Part shown: one piece after another, positions 9,296 to 18,984 of the stretch
How the letters are laid out: each line of letters begins with the position of its first letter
Position numbering within the stretch: position 1 is the first letter of the stretch
Assembly (NCBI GenBank): GCA_022820805.1
Contig: JAJEEV010000013.1
Location: forward strand, 80,967 to 144,966
Length of the DNA stretch: 64,000 nucleotides
Reading direction: 5' to 3'
DNA from: Acidimicrobiia bacterium
Lineage (GTDB): Bacteria > Actinomycetota > Acidimicrobiia > Acidimicrobiales > Aldehydirespiratoraceae
Position numbers and translations under genes: made by a program
The notes under the pieces: model-generated
Seen by the model: the letters and a program-made list of their open reading frames with translations, nothing else
Told to the model about the DNA's origin: nothing
Database searches by the model: none

Positions 9296-10888
9296 GTGGT
9301 CGACAATTGGCCGGTCACCGGCGGCGCAACCGAGATCCCCGAGGGGGTGCTGGCTGCGGCGGCCGCCGGCCAGGCAACGCTTCGCGACAAGCTCGAGGCG
9401 CTGCGCTCGCTGAGCGAGCCGTTCCCCGAGACCGTTGGACCCGCGGCCGGGGACCGTTGGATATCTGACGCCGAGCCACAAGTGGTCGCATCCGGCGCGA
9501 CACCAGCAGCGGATGCGTCACAGGGAGAGGCACCAGGCCGGGCCGGCGATGACCTGGCCGACCTGAGCGCGGCGGCGCTGCTGGAGGGCTACCGGACCGG
9601 GGCGTTCGACCCGATGGAGGTGGTCGACGCCTGCCTGGCCCGGATCGACGGCACCGACGGCGCCATCGGCGCGGTCGTGACCCTCGACCCGACCGCCCGC
9701 CGGCAGGCGGCCCGCTCGACTGAGCGGTGGCACGAAGGAGACGCCGGGCCGCTCGAAGGCGTCCCCGTCGGGGTGAAGGACATCATCGACACCCGCGGGC
9801 TGGCCACCGAGGCCGGGTCGACGCTGTTCGCCGGCAATGTCCCCGCCGCCGATGCCACCGTGGTGGCCCGGCTCCGGGACGCCGGCGCGGTGATCCTGGC
9901 CAAGACCACCACCCCGGAGTTCGCCTTCGGCGACGAGTCCGGCGACGGCGTGGCCAACCCGGGCGCGCCGGGCCGGTGGGCGGGCGGGAGCTCGTCGGGA
10001 TCGGCCGCAGGCCTGGCCGCCGGGCTGTTCCCGGTGGCGCTCGGCAGCGACACCGGCGGATCCATCCGGGTGCCCTCGTCGTACTGCGGTGTGAGCGGGA
10101 TCAAGCCCACGTTCGGGCGGGTGCCCCGCGACGGCGTCTTCGGCGTGTCCTGGACGCTGGACCATGTCGGCCCCATGGCCCGGACGGTCAAGGACCTGGG
10201 TCTGGTGCTGGGCGTCATCGCGGGCGGATGCGACGCCGATCCGTACGCGTCTGGGTGGCCGGTCCCCGACTACGGCCGGACGGCCGGGTCGATCCGGGGG
10301 ACACGCGTCGGCGTGGTCGACGGATGGCTGGCCGAGGGCTCCACCCCGGGCGTGGACGCGGCCCTGGCCGATGCGCTATCGCAGCTGGAAGAGCTCGGCT
10401 GCACCGTCGAGCCGGTGCCGTTCGGCTCCGCCGAACTGGCCGGGATCGTCGCCTGGGTCATCACCGTGGTGGAGTTCGCGGCCCACCACGCCGGCAACAT
10501 GGACCGCATCGGCGAGTTCACCCCCTCGGCGGCCTGCCGGCTGGCGGCCGGCGCCCGCACGAGCGCCTCCGACTACCTGAAGGCGCTGCGGGCCCGGGCT
10601 CTGGTGCAACAGGACCTCGACGCAGCGTTCGAGAAGGTCGACGTGCTGGTCACCGCGGCCACGCCCACCTCGGCCCCCGATCCGGCCACCTTCTTCGACG
10701 ACGGCGACCGGCTGTGGCTCGACAAGGTGGCCCGGACGTTCCTGCCGTTCAACGTGACCGGCCAGCCCGCGCTGGTGCTGCCGGTCGGTCTCGACGAGGA
10801 CCGTCCCGCCGCGGTCCAGGTCGTCGCCCCGCCCCACGCCGACGCCCTGTGCCTGCGGATCGGCACCGCCCTCCAGGGAGCATGCTGA
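9296..10888 (+). CDS. Amidase-signature family amidase (GatA-like)
   Basis: Amidase signature GGSSSGSAAGLAAG, catalytic-Lys region VGVKDIIDTRG, and GSDTGGSIRVPSSYCG. The first ~85 aa of the track ORF have no amidase-like character, so the true start may be downstream. Confidence 0.86.
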   Translation: MVDNWPVTGGATEIPEGVLAAAAAGQATLRDKLEALRSLSEPFPETVGPAAGDRWISDAEPQVVASGATPAADASQGEAPGRAGDDLADLSAAALLEGYRTGAFDPMEVVDACLARIDGTDGAIGAVVTLDPTARRQAARSTERWHEGDAGPLEGVPVGVKDIIDTRGLATEAGSTLFAGNVPAADATVVARLRDAGAVILAKTTTPEFAFGDESGDGVANPGAPGRWAGGSSSGSAAGLAAGLFPVALGSDTGGSIRVPSSYCGVSGIKPTFGRVPRDGVFGVSWTLDHVGPMARTVKDLGLVLGVIAGGCDADPYASGWPVPDYGRTAGSIRGTRVGVVDGWLAEGSTPGVDAALADALSQLEELGCTVEPVPFGSAELAGIVAWVITVVEFAAHHAGNMDRIGEFTPSAACRLAAGARTSASDYLKALRARALVQQDLDAAFEKVDVLVTAATPTSAPDPATFFDDGDRLWLDKVARTFLPFNVTGQPALVLPVGLDEDRPAAVQVVAPPHADALCLRIGTALQGAC

Positions 10889-10950
10889 TCGACAGCAGCA
10901 CGAACCAGACCCGATAGCGGTGATTCTCCAGTATTTTTCATTGATTGATG

Positions 10951-10978
10951 TTGCATCACAGGAACAGCCTGCTACGAT
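10951..10978 (+). promoter_or_regulatory. Candidate sigma-70/SigA-type promoter (-35 TTGCAT, 16-nt spacer, -10 TACGAT)
   Basis: Read directly in an AT-rich island (10921-10980) inside GC-rich DNA. TTGCAT at 10951-10956 and TACGAT at 10973-10978, about 38 nt upstream of the ATG at 11016. Confidence 0.3.
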
Positions 10979-11015
10979 CGCTGCCGTCACGACCGGGCCC
11001 GGAAGGAATGGCGCC

Positions 11016-11216
11016 ATGGAAGCTGCAGGAGTGCCATCGTCCGCCGTCCCGACAGACACGCTGGCCACCACCAAGGACTTGCAGGTTCTCGAGTCGAGAC
11101 TGATCGCCGAACTCCACAAGGAGATCGCAGAGTTGACCAGGACGATGATGAGGGTCGCGTTGATGATGGTCGCCGCTTTCGCGGGAGCGCTGGTCACCGT
11201 CGCGCTCGTCGTGTGA
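11016..11216 (+). CDS. Small coiled-coil protein with C-terminal transmembrane anchor (hypothetical)
   Basis: The ATG at 11016 is in frame with track ORF 10920..11216 and preceded by GGAAGGA. Sequence KDLQVLESRLIAELHKEIAELTRTMM is followed by the hydrophobic tail VALMMVAAFAGALVTVALVV. Confidence 0.5.
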   Translation: MEAAGVPSSAVPTDTLATTKDLQVLESRLIAELHKEIAELTRTMMRVALMMVAAFAGALVTVALVV

Positions 11217-11257
11217 GCAGCGTTCGCAGGAGCCGTGGAGTCGAGAGGAGCAACGCC

Positions 11258-11617
11258 ATGGGAGCGACCCACGTCACCGTCACCGTCCGCAACCCCGCCG
11301 ACCGGGACCGGTCGTGGGAGGGCCTGTTCCTCGTCGACACCGGTACGACCGACAGCCTGGTGCCGCGGCAGCACCTTGAAGCGATCGGTCTGGAACCCCG
11401 AGGCAGCCGCACCTACGAACTGGCTGACGGCAGCGCCGTCCGGTTCGATGTCGCCGGCGCGGACATCGAGTTCATGGGCGAGTACGTCGCGACGACCGTG
11501 CTCTTCGGCGACGACGACACCGAGCCCCTGCTGGGAGTCACTGCGCTGGAGTCGGTTGGCATAGAGGTGGACCCGCGGAACCAGCAACTGAAGCGACGGC
11601 CCGCCGTGCGGCTCTAA
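11258..11617 (+). CDS. Retropepsin-like (clan AA) aspartyl protease family protein
   Basis: ATG at 11258 preceded by GAGAGGAG. DTG active-site motif in LFLVDTGTTDSLVP. The ~119-aa size is typical of single-lobe bacterial retropepsin-like proteins. Confidence 0.72.
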   Translation: MGATHVTVTVRNPADRDRSWEGLFLVDTGTTDSLVPRQHLEAIGLEPRGSRTYELADGSAVRFDVAGADIEFMGEYVATTVLFGDDDTEPLLGVTALESVGIEVDPRNQQLKRRPAVRL

Positions 11618-11771
11618 CTGCTCGACTGGGGTTGGCGTTGATGGCGGCGTTGGACGCGGGAACCCTCCGCAACGAGCCCCGCGCCCGATATGAGGCTGCC
11701 TGAGCCCGCCAACTAGGTTCAGCGGCGCCGGGAACCTCCCCGACGCGCGTCCTCACAGCAAGGAGCAAGCC

Positions 11772-12941
11772 ATGACGGTCCTCACCGACGATCTCCTGGC
11801 CAGCTTCGACGACTCGGTCGGTCCGGTGGACGAGGCCAGGCTGCTGCCGCCGATCCTGTACACGTCGCCGGAGTTCTACGACTTCGAGCGGCGGGCCATA
11901 TTCCAGCGGGAATGGCTCTGCGTGGGCCGGGCCGACCAGCTGAAGGAGCCCGGCGACTACCGCTGCATCACCATCGCGGGCGAGCCCCTCATCGCGGCCC
12001 GGGACGCCGACGGCGAGCTGAGGGTGATGTCGGCGGTGTGCCGGCACCGGGGAATGGTGATCGCGGAGGGTTCGGGCAACTGCCGCCGGTTCACATGCCC
12101 GTACCACCACTGGACCTACGGCCTCGACGGGACGCTGCTCGGGACCCCGGCCATGGACAGGGCCGTGGGATTCGACCGGTCCGAGCATCCGCTGCCCCAG
12201 CTCAAGGTGGAGCTGTGGCAGGGGTTCATCATGGCCAACTTCGATCACGACGCCCGCCCGTTCGGCCCCACCATGACCAAGATCGACGAGATGCTCGTCA
12301 ACTACGGGCTGGAGTCGACGGCCACGCTGGAGGGCAAGACGATCCCGGACCTTCCCTGGAACTGGAAGGTCATGATGGAGAACTTCAACGACCCCTACCA
12401 CGCCAGCCGGCTCCACGGGCCGCTGCAGACGTTCGCACCGAGCCACATGAACGACTTCCTGCCATGGGACGACGACGACGGCGCGGTCGGCCGGATCCAG
12501 CACTTCACCGACATCGACGGATCGTTCAACCCGACCAAGCGCTGCATCCTGCCGGTGTTCGCCAACCTCACCACCGAGCAGCGCAAGCGGGGCGGGTTCG
12601 TGCTCATACCCCCCACCCTGGCCCTGGCCATCGTCCCCGACGAGGTCGCCTACTTCATCATCAGCCCCCAGGGGCCCGGCCACATCACCATCAACATCGG
12701 CTACTGCTTCGAGTCCTCCGCACTGGAGGACCCCATGTTCGAGTACCTGTTCGAAGCGGCCGAGGCCGGCGTCAACAACTTCAACATGCAGGACATCTAC
12801 GCCGACGAGATGACCCAGAAGGGCCTCAACTCGCTGCTGGCTCCCCGGGGCCGCTACTCGTGGCAGGAGGAGACGCTGGTGCAGTTCAACCGCTGGCTGG
12901 TGAGGCGCTACCGCCGGCACTGGCCCTCCAACGGAGCCTGA
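11772..12941 (+). CDS. Rieske non-haem iron oxygenase, alpha-only type (substrate unknown)
   Basis: AAGGAG RBS. Rieske motif CRHRGMVIAEG...CPYHHWTY. Iron site NWKVMMENFNDPYHASRLH. No beta subunit follows. Confidence 0.9.
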   Translation: MTVLTDDLLASFDDSVGPVDEARLLPPILYTSPEFYDFERRAIFQREWLCVGRADQLKEPGDYRCITIAGEPLIAARDADGELRVMSAVCRHRGMVIAEGSGNCRRFTCPYHHWTYGLDGTLLGTPAMDRAVGFDRSEHPLPQLKVELWQGFIMANFDHDARPFGPTMTKIDEMLVNYGLESTATLEGKTIPDLPWNWKVMMENFNDPYHASRLHGPLQTFAPSHMNDFLPWDDDDGAVGRIQHFTDIDGSFNPTKRCILPVFANLTTEQRKRGGFVLIPPTLALAIVPDEVAYFIISPQGPGHITINIGYCFESSALEDPMFEYLFEAAEAGVNNFNMQDIYADEMTQKGLNSLLAPRGRYSWQEETLVQFNRWLVRRYRRHWPSNGA

Positions 12942-12973
12942 GCGCAGCCGGACGACCAGGGAGCACCCCGAGC

Positions 12974-13651
12974 ATGGACCCGGACCGCACCATCACCTTC
13001 GACCCTGGCGAGAACCAGCCCATGGACCGCCAGTTCATGCTGTCGCAGCTGGTGGTTCCCCGGCCCATCGCCATGGTCTCGACCCGCAGCCCCGACGGGG
13101 TCGCCAACATCGCTCCCATGAGCTACTACCTGCCCATAACCGGCGACCCCATGCTGCTGGGAATCACCATGGGCCTGCGCGAGGACGGGCAGCTCAAGCA
13201 CACCTACCTCAACGCCATGGCCAGCGGCGACTTCGTCGTCAACGTCACCAGCGAGGCGTTCCGCGACGACATCGAGACCGTGGCCATGGAGTGCCCGGGC
13301 AACGTCGACGAGTTCGACCTGGCGGGGTGGACCACGGTTCCGGCCACCAAGGTGAGTTCGCCCGCCATCGGGGAGGCCCTGGCCCGCCTGGAGTGCGTGG
13401 TGCACAAGGTGGTGGACCTGGGGACGCCGGACCGGGTGTTCGGGGAAGTCCACCTCGTGATCGGCGAGGTGGTGTGGGTGGCCTACGACTCGGCCATCTG
13501 CGGCCCCAATGGCCGCATCGACCCGCTGCGCCTGGGCGCGATCGCACGCCTGGGCCTGCGCACCTTCCTGCGCACCGTGGACGAGGGCGCCTATTCCCTG
13601 CAGCGCACGCCATGGGCCGACTTCGTCGCGGCCGACGGCTCGACCAGCTAG
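12974..13651 (+). CDS. Flavin reductase-like FMN-binding (split-barrel) protein
   Basis: ATG at 12974 (AGGGAG RBS) in frame with the 3' part of track ORF 11912..13651. VVPRPIAMVSTRSPDGVANIAPMSYY is the typical flavin-reductase-domain core. Confidence 0.8.
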   Translation: MDPDRTITFDPGENQPMDRQFMLSQLVVPRPIAMVSTRSPDGVANIAPMSYYLPITGDPMLLGITMGLREDGQLKHTYLNAMASGDFVVNVTSEAFRDDIETVAMECPGNVDEFDLAGWTTVPATKVSSPAIGEALARLECVVHKVVDLGTPDRVFGEVHLVIGEVVWVAYDSAICGPNGRIDPLRLGAIARLGLRTFLRTVDEGAYSLQRTPWADFVAADGSTS

Positions 13652-13717
13652 CGGTCCCCGGCGAACTAGCTGATGGCGAGGGCTGCTGGGTAGCGTCACC
13701 GTCAGGCTCGGAGAATC

Positions 13718-14712
<995 letters not shown>

Positions 14713-14716
<4 letters not shown>

Positions 14717-15756
14717 CCGCGGCCGACACCGCCGCCCCGAAGCGGGCGGCCCGCACTCCCCGCAAGGCCCGGGACCGGGTCCGCAAGGTCGCCTTCACCC
14801 GGGCCCTCAACGATGCGCTGGACCTGGCCATGTCCAAGCACGACGAGATGTTCGTCATCGGCGAGGACATCGCCGAGATGGGCGGCGACTTCGGCGTCAC
14901 CAAGGGTCTGCTGGCCAAGTACGGGCCCGAGCGGGTGCGAGACACGCCCCTGTCGGAGGCGGCCATCATCGGCACCTGCGCGGGCGCGGCCATGGTCGGC
15001 ATGCGCCCGGTGGCCGAGATCATGTTCGCCGACTTCATCGCCGAGTGCTACGACCAGGTCGTCAACAACGTGGCCAAGATGCACTACATGTTCGACGGGC
15101 AGTTCAAGGCGCCGCTGGTGATCCGCACCGCCTGCGGGGGCGGGTTCGGCGGCGGGCCGCACCACTCCCAGAGCGTGGAGGGCTGGTTCCTGAACGTGCC
15201 CGGCATCGTGATCGTGGCCCCGTCCAACCCGGTCGACGCCAAGGGCCTGCTGCTGGCATCGATCGACAGCGACGACCCGGTCCTGTTCCTGGAGCACAAG
15301 GCCCTGTACCGCAGCCGGGCCGAGGTGCCCCCCGAGTACTACACCACCCCGCTGGGGCAGGCTGCCATCGCCCGCGAGGGCAGCGACGTGACCGTGGTCG
15401 CGGCCATGCGGATGGTGCCCATGGCGCTGGAGGCCGCCGAAGAGGCCGCCGACGCCGGCGTCGCGGTGGAGGTCGTGGACCTCAGGACCATCCGGCCCTA
15501 CGACGCCGAGACGGTGCTGGCCTCGGCAGCCAAGACCGGCCGGGTGGTGGTGGCCAACGAGGCGCCCAAGATCGGCGGGCTCGGCGCCGAGCTCAGCGCT
15601 CGCATCAGCGAGGAGTGCTTCAGCGACCTGAAGGGACCGGTGGTGCGCGTCGACGGCCTCGACACCCCCATCCCCTTCTCGGTGCCCCTGGAGGACGTGG
15701 TCCTGCCCGACGCGCAGGACATCGCGGCCGCCGTCAGCACCGCAGCCCAGTACTGA
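14713..15756 (+). CDS. 2-oxoacid/acetoin dehydrogenase E1 beta subunit
   Basis: The ATG at 14713 overlaps the E1-alpha stop (ATGA). VFVIGEDIAEMGGDFGVTKGLLAKYGPERVRDTPLSEAAIIG and a C-terminal transketolase-like domain. The 5' part of track ORF 14461.. is out of context. Confidence 0.92.
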
Positions 15757-15787
15757 CCCAGAACACGAAGACCATTAGGAGGGCCAG

Positions 15788-16057
15788 ATGGCCACCGATG
15801 TGATCCTGCCCAAGTGGGGCCTGACCATGGAGGACGGCACCGTCGTCGCGTGGTATGTGGACGAGGGCGACCATGTAGTGGAGGGCGAAGTGATCGCCGA
15901 AGTGGAGACCGAGAAGGTGGAGAACGAGCTGGAAGCACCCTGCGCCGGAGTGGTGGCCCGGATACTCGTGGACGAGGATGAGACCGTCGATGTGGGCACC
16001 GTGCTGGCGGTGATCGCCGGCAACGAGGCCGAGGCCGCAGCCATCGCTGGGGGTTGA
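15788..16057 (+). CDS. Free-standing lipoyl-attachment domain protein (E2 N-terminal domain only)
   Basis: 89 aa, AGGAGGG RBS. Lipoyl-lysine context VIAEVETEKVENELEAP (Lys codon 15914-15916). The stop at 16055-16057 is immediately overlapped by the next gene. No acyltransferase core follows. Confidence 0.85.
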   Translation: MATDVILPKWGLTMEDGTVVAWYVDEGDHVVEGEVIAEVETEKVENELEAPCAGVVARILVDEDETVDVGTVLAVIAGNEAEAAAIAGG

Positions 16058-16836
16058 TGATGAGACCTGATCGCTTCACAGGCGACACCGTGTTGATCAC
16101 CGGCTCGTCGCGGGGGATCGGTGCGGCCACGGCCCAGGCCTTCGCGGCCGAGGGAGCCAAGGTGGCGGTCAACTACCGCAGCGACGCCGCGGGCGCGGCG
16201 GCCACCCACCAGGCCATCGTCGACGCCGGCGGGGTCGCCGAGGTGTTCCAGGCCGACATCGGAAACGAGGCCGACGTGGCCCGTCTCGCCCGGCAGGTGG
16301 AGGACTCGCTGGGCCCGGTGTCGATCCTAGTCAACAACGCCGCCCTCATCGACCGGTCGTCGATGTCTGACCTGTCGCTGGAGGCGTTCGACACCGTCTG
16401 GCAGGCCAATGTGAGAGGGCTGTTCCAGCTCAGCCAGCTGGTGGCGTCCGGCATGGTGGAGCGGGGCCGGGGAGCCATCGTGAACCTCAGCTCGATCCTG
16501 GCCCGGCTGGGAGTGGCCAACCGCTGCGCCTACATCGCGTCCAAGGGCGCGGTGGAGGGCCTGACCCGGGCCATGGCGCTGGAACTGGGCCCCAGGGGCG
16601 TGCGGGTCAACGCGGTGGCCCCGGGCCTGATCGCCACCGAGGCGCTGCTGGCCGGGATGCCCGACCCTGAGGTGCAGACCGCGATCCAGCGTCACATCCC
16701 CGAGGGCCGGTTCGGCCGGCCCTCCGAGATCACCGCGGCCATCCTGTTCGCGGCGTCGCCGGAGGCCAGCTACGTCAACGGCTCCGTCATCGCGGTGGAC
16801 GCCGCCCTCGGCGCCCGCGAGTCCACCCCCGCCTGA
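16057..16836 (+). CDS. Short-chain dehydrogenase/reductase (FabG / butanediol-dehydrogenase-like)
   Basis: TGSSRGIG cofactor motif, NNAAL, and catalytic YIASKGAVEGLTRAMA. The track start is TTG at 16054; ATGs at 16057/16060 are more likely. Confidence 0.9.
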   Translation: MMRPDRFTGDTVLITGSSRGIGAATAQAFAAEGAKVAVNYRSDAAGAAATHQAIVDAGGVAEVFQADIGNEADVARLARQVEDSLGPVSILVNNAALIDRSSMSDLSLEAFDTVWQANVRGLFQLSQLVASGMVERGRGAIVNLSSILARLGVANRCAYIASKGAVEGLTRAMALELGPRGVRVNAVAPGLIATEALLAGMPDPEVQTAIQRHIPEGRFGRPSEITAAILFAASPEASYVNGSVIAVDAALGARESTPA

Positions 16837-16868
16837 GGGGGCTCCGGCATGCGAGTCAGGAGCCGACC

Positions 16869-17828
16869 ATGATCAGCATCAACCGTGAAGCCATGAAGAC
16901 GGTGCGGCTCATCCTGGATGAGGCCGACGCACTGGGCGTGACCGTCGACCGGCTCGACAACGGCAGCACCGTCATCGACATGGGCCTGCACGCCAAGGGA
17001 GGCTGGCGGGCCGCCCAGCTCTACACCCTGGCCAGCCTGGGCGGGCTCGGCACCGTGAGCTACGAGCCCTTCGAGCTGGCTGGACGGATGCTCACCGCGG
17101 TGCGGGTGATGATCGATCACCCCATCGAGGGCTGCGTGGCGTCGCAGATCGCAGGATGGCGCCTGCAAGCCCCCGGCACCGAGCACGCCGCCATCCTCGC
17201 CGGGCCGGGCCGGGCCCTGAACCGCGACAGCCTGGACCACTACTTCGAGTGGATCGACTACCGCGACGAGCATCACGAGGCGGTGGTGGCCATCCAGACC
17301 TCCGAGCCGGTCCCGGTGGAGATGGCCGACATGATCGCGTCGTCGTGCCGGATCGATCCCGGCGACCTCTACGTGCTGTTCGCCCCCAACCGCAGCCTGG
17401 TGACCGCGGTGCAGGTGGCGGCCCGGATCGTGGAGCAGTCCCTGCACCGGCTGGCCGAGGAGGGCATGGACCTGCGGGGACTGCGCTACGCGTACGGCCT
17501 GGGCGTGGTGCCGCCGCTGGTGGACGACGACCTGGTCTCGATGGGCCGCATCAACGACAGCCTCCTGTACGGGGGGATCTCCAACGTCACCGTGGACGGC
17601 GACGACGCCCAGTGCGCGGAGATCGTGGAGCGGGTGGTGTCGGTGGCCTGCGAGGCCTACGGCCGCCCGTTCATCGAGATCTACGAGGACGCCGGGCGGG
17701 ACTTCTACGAGATTCCCATTGAGCTGCACTCCCCGGCCGAGATCCACCTCACCAACCTGGCCAGCGGAAACACCTTCAGCGCCGGACACATCAACCACGA
17801 GGTGCTGACCGCCTCATTCTTCAGCTAA
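16869..17828 (+). CDS. mch: Methenyltetrahydromethanopterin cyclohydrolase (Mch) family protein
   Basis: AGGAG RBS. End-to-end resemblance to remembered archaeal/methylotroph Mch. The N-terminus ISINREAMKTVRLILDEADALGVTVDRLDNGSTVIDMG matches the pattern VSVN.EA...V..MIE.A.EL...V..L.NG.TVID.G. The C-terminus matches as well: GRPFIEIYEDAGRDFYEIP...NLASGNTFSAG.IN.E.L. ~320 aa, as for Mch. Confidence 0.82.
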   Translation: MISINREAMKTVRLILDEADALGVTVDRLDNGSTVIDMGLHAKGGWRAAQLYTLASLGGLGTVSYEPFELAGRMLTAVRVMIDHPIEGCVASQIAGWRLQAPGTEHAAILAGPGRALNRDSLDHYFEWIDYRDEHHEAVVAIQTSEPVPVEMADMIASSCRIDPGDLYVLFAPNRSLVTAVQVAARIVEQSLHRLAEEGMDLRGLRYAYGLGVVPPLVDDDLVSMGRINDSLLYGGISNVTVDGDDAQCAEIVERVVSVACEAYGRPFIEIYEDAGRDFYEIPIELHSPAEIHLTNLASGNTFSAGHINHEVLTASFFS

Positions 17829-17857
17829 TGGTTGAGGATGCATTCAAAAGCATTGTG

Positions 17858-17886
17858 TTGCATTGAACTGTGTCACAGCTTAGGGT
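17858..17886 (+). promoter_or_regulatory. Candidate promoter (-35 TTGCAT, 17-nt spacer, -10 TAGGGT) driving a possibly leaderless small gene
   Basis: TTGCAT at 17858-17863 and TAGGGT at 17881-17886. The GTG at 17893 lies 7 nt after the -10. It sits in an AT-rich island containing GCATT at 17840, 17850 and 17860 (exact 10-bp phasing). Confidence 0.3.
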
Positions 17887-17892
17887 GGGGGC

Positions 17893-18231
17893 GTGGCAGC
17901 ACCGGAAGCGCTCAGCGTCCCAGGCGACAGCACCGCTGCCGGGCCGGAGGTCGTCGTGCGGGCCGCTTCGCAACGGATGCCGCAGCTCATCCCCATCGCC
18001 CAGTTGGTCGCCGTCGTGCTCGGAGTGTTCGCCATCATCTGGCACCAGCAACAGACCACCGACAATCTGCGCACCGAGCTGATGGCCGAGATTGGTGGCG
18101 TCGAGACCGGGCTGGGCGCCGAGATCACCTCACTGCGGGCTGAGGTGGCCGAGAACGGGCAGCGGCTGGCCCGCATCGAGGGGTTCCTCGGGATCGGGGT
18201 CCCCGACGTTTCGCCACCATCGAATCCGTGA
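17893..18231 (+). CDS. Small membrane-anchored coiled-coil protein (hypothetical)
   Basis: Track ORF. Hydrophobic segment LIPIAQLVAVVLGVFAIIW followed by LRTELMAEIGGVETGLGAEITSLRAEVAENGQRLARIEGFLG. Its stop overlaps the next gene's start (GTGA). The alternative start is the ATG at 17977. Confidence 0.5.
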   Translation: MAAPEALSVPGDSTAAGPEVVVRAASQRMPQLIPIAQLVAVVLGVFAIIWHQQQTTDNLRTELMAEIGGVETGLGAEITSLRAEVAENGQRLARIEGFLGIGVPDVSPPSNP

Positions 18232-18950
18232 CACTGCAGCACCCTCTCGTGGCGGTCGTTACTGGCGCCGGGTCGGGGATCGGACTTGCCTGCGCGGGGG
18301 CGCTGGCGACTCGGGGCGCTCACTGCGTACTGGTGGGGCGCCGGCAGGACAGGCTTGAGGCCGCCGCGGCCGCGCTGGACAGCCCCGCGGCCGTTCTGCC
18401 CGCCGACCTGGCCGAGCCGAACGAGGCCGGGCGGATCGTTGCCGAGACGCTGGCCGCGTACGGCCGTATCGACGTGATCGTGCACAGCGCCGGCGTCTTC
18501 GAGAAAGCGCACGTGCCGGAGGTGACCGAGGACCACTGGCAGCGCGTCATGGACGTCAACCTCGGAGCGGTGATGGCCCTCACCGGCGCCGCCTGGGAAC
18601 CGCTGGCCGCGTCCAGCGGGCAGATCGTGCTCATAAGCAGCGTCGCCGCGGTGCAGGCCTTCGAGGGCAACGCGGCCTACGCGGCGTCGAAGGGCGGGCT
18701 GAACGCGCTGGGGGAGGTGCTGCGGCTGGAGGGGCGCGACAGGGGCATCAGGGTGATCACGCTGTCCCCCGCTCAGATCGACACGGCGCTCTGGGATGAC
18801 AAGGCCCCCGACCGCGTCAGGGCCCGTATGATGCCCGCCACCGGGGTGGGCGAACTGGTGGCCGACCTGGTGGGAACCGACCGGCGCATCGACATCGCCC
18901 CCGTCGTCATACGGCCGGTTCGCGACCCTTGGGTAGAGCCCGAGCCATGA
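18228..18950 (+). CDS. Short-chain dehydrogenase/reductase
   Basis: VAVVTGAGSGIGLA Rossmann motif and catalytic YAASKGGLNALGEVLRLE. Confidence 0.88.
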   Translation: MTLQHPLVAVVTGAGSGIGLACAGALATRGAHCVLVGRRQDRLEAAAAALDSPAAVLPADLAEPNEAGRIVAETLAAYGRIDVIVHSAGVFEKAHVPEVTEDHWQRVMDVNLGAVMALTGAAWEPLAASSGQIVLISSVAAVQAFEGNAAYAASKGGLNALGEVLRLEGRDRGIRVITLSPAQIDTALWDDKAPDRVRARMMPATGVGELVADLVGTDRRIDIAPVVIRPVRDPWVEPEP

Positions 18951-18984
18951 GCACACCGAGCGACCTGCCGGCGGTGACACTGCC

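Noticed and set aside
11656-11745. Two imperfect direct repeats containing GGGAACC (11656-11674 and 11727-11745) upstream of the second Rieske gene.
   Set aside because: They are short, imperfect and GC-rich, so they are likely to arise by chance in this composition. There is no symmetry or phasing to support a binding site.
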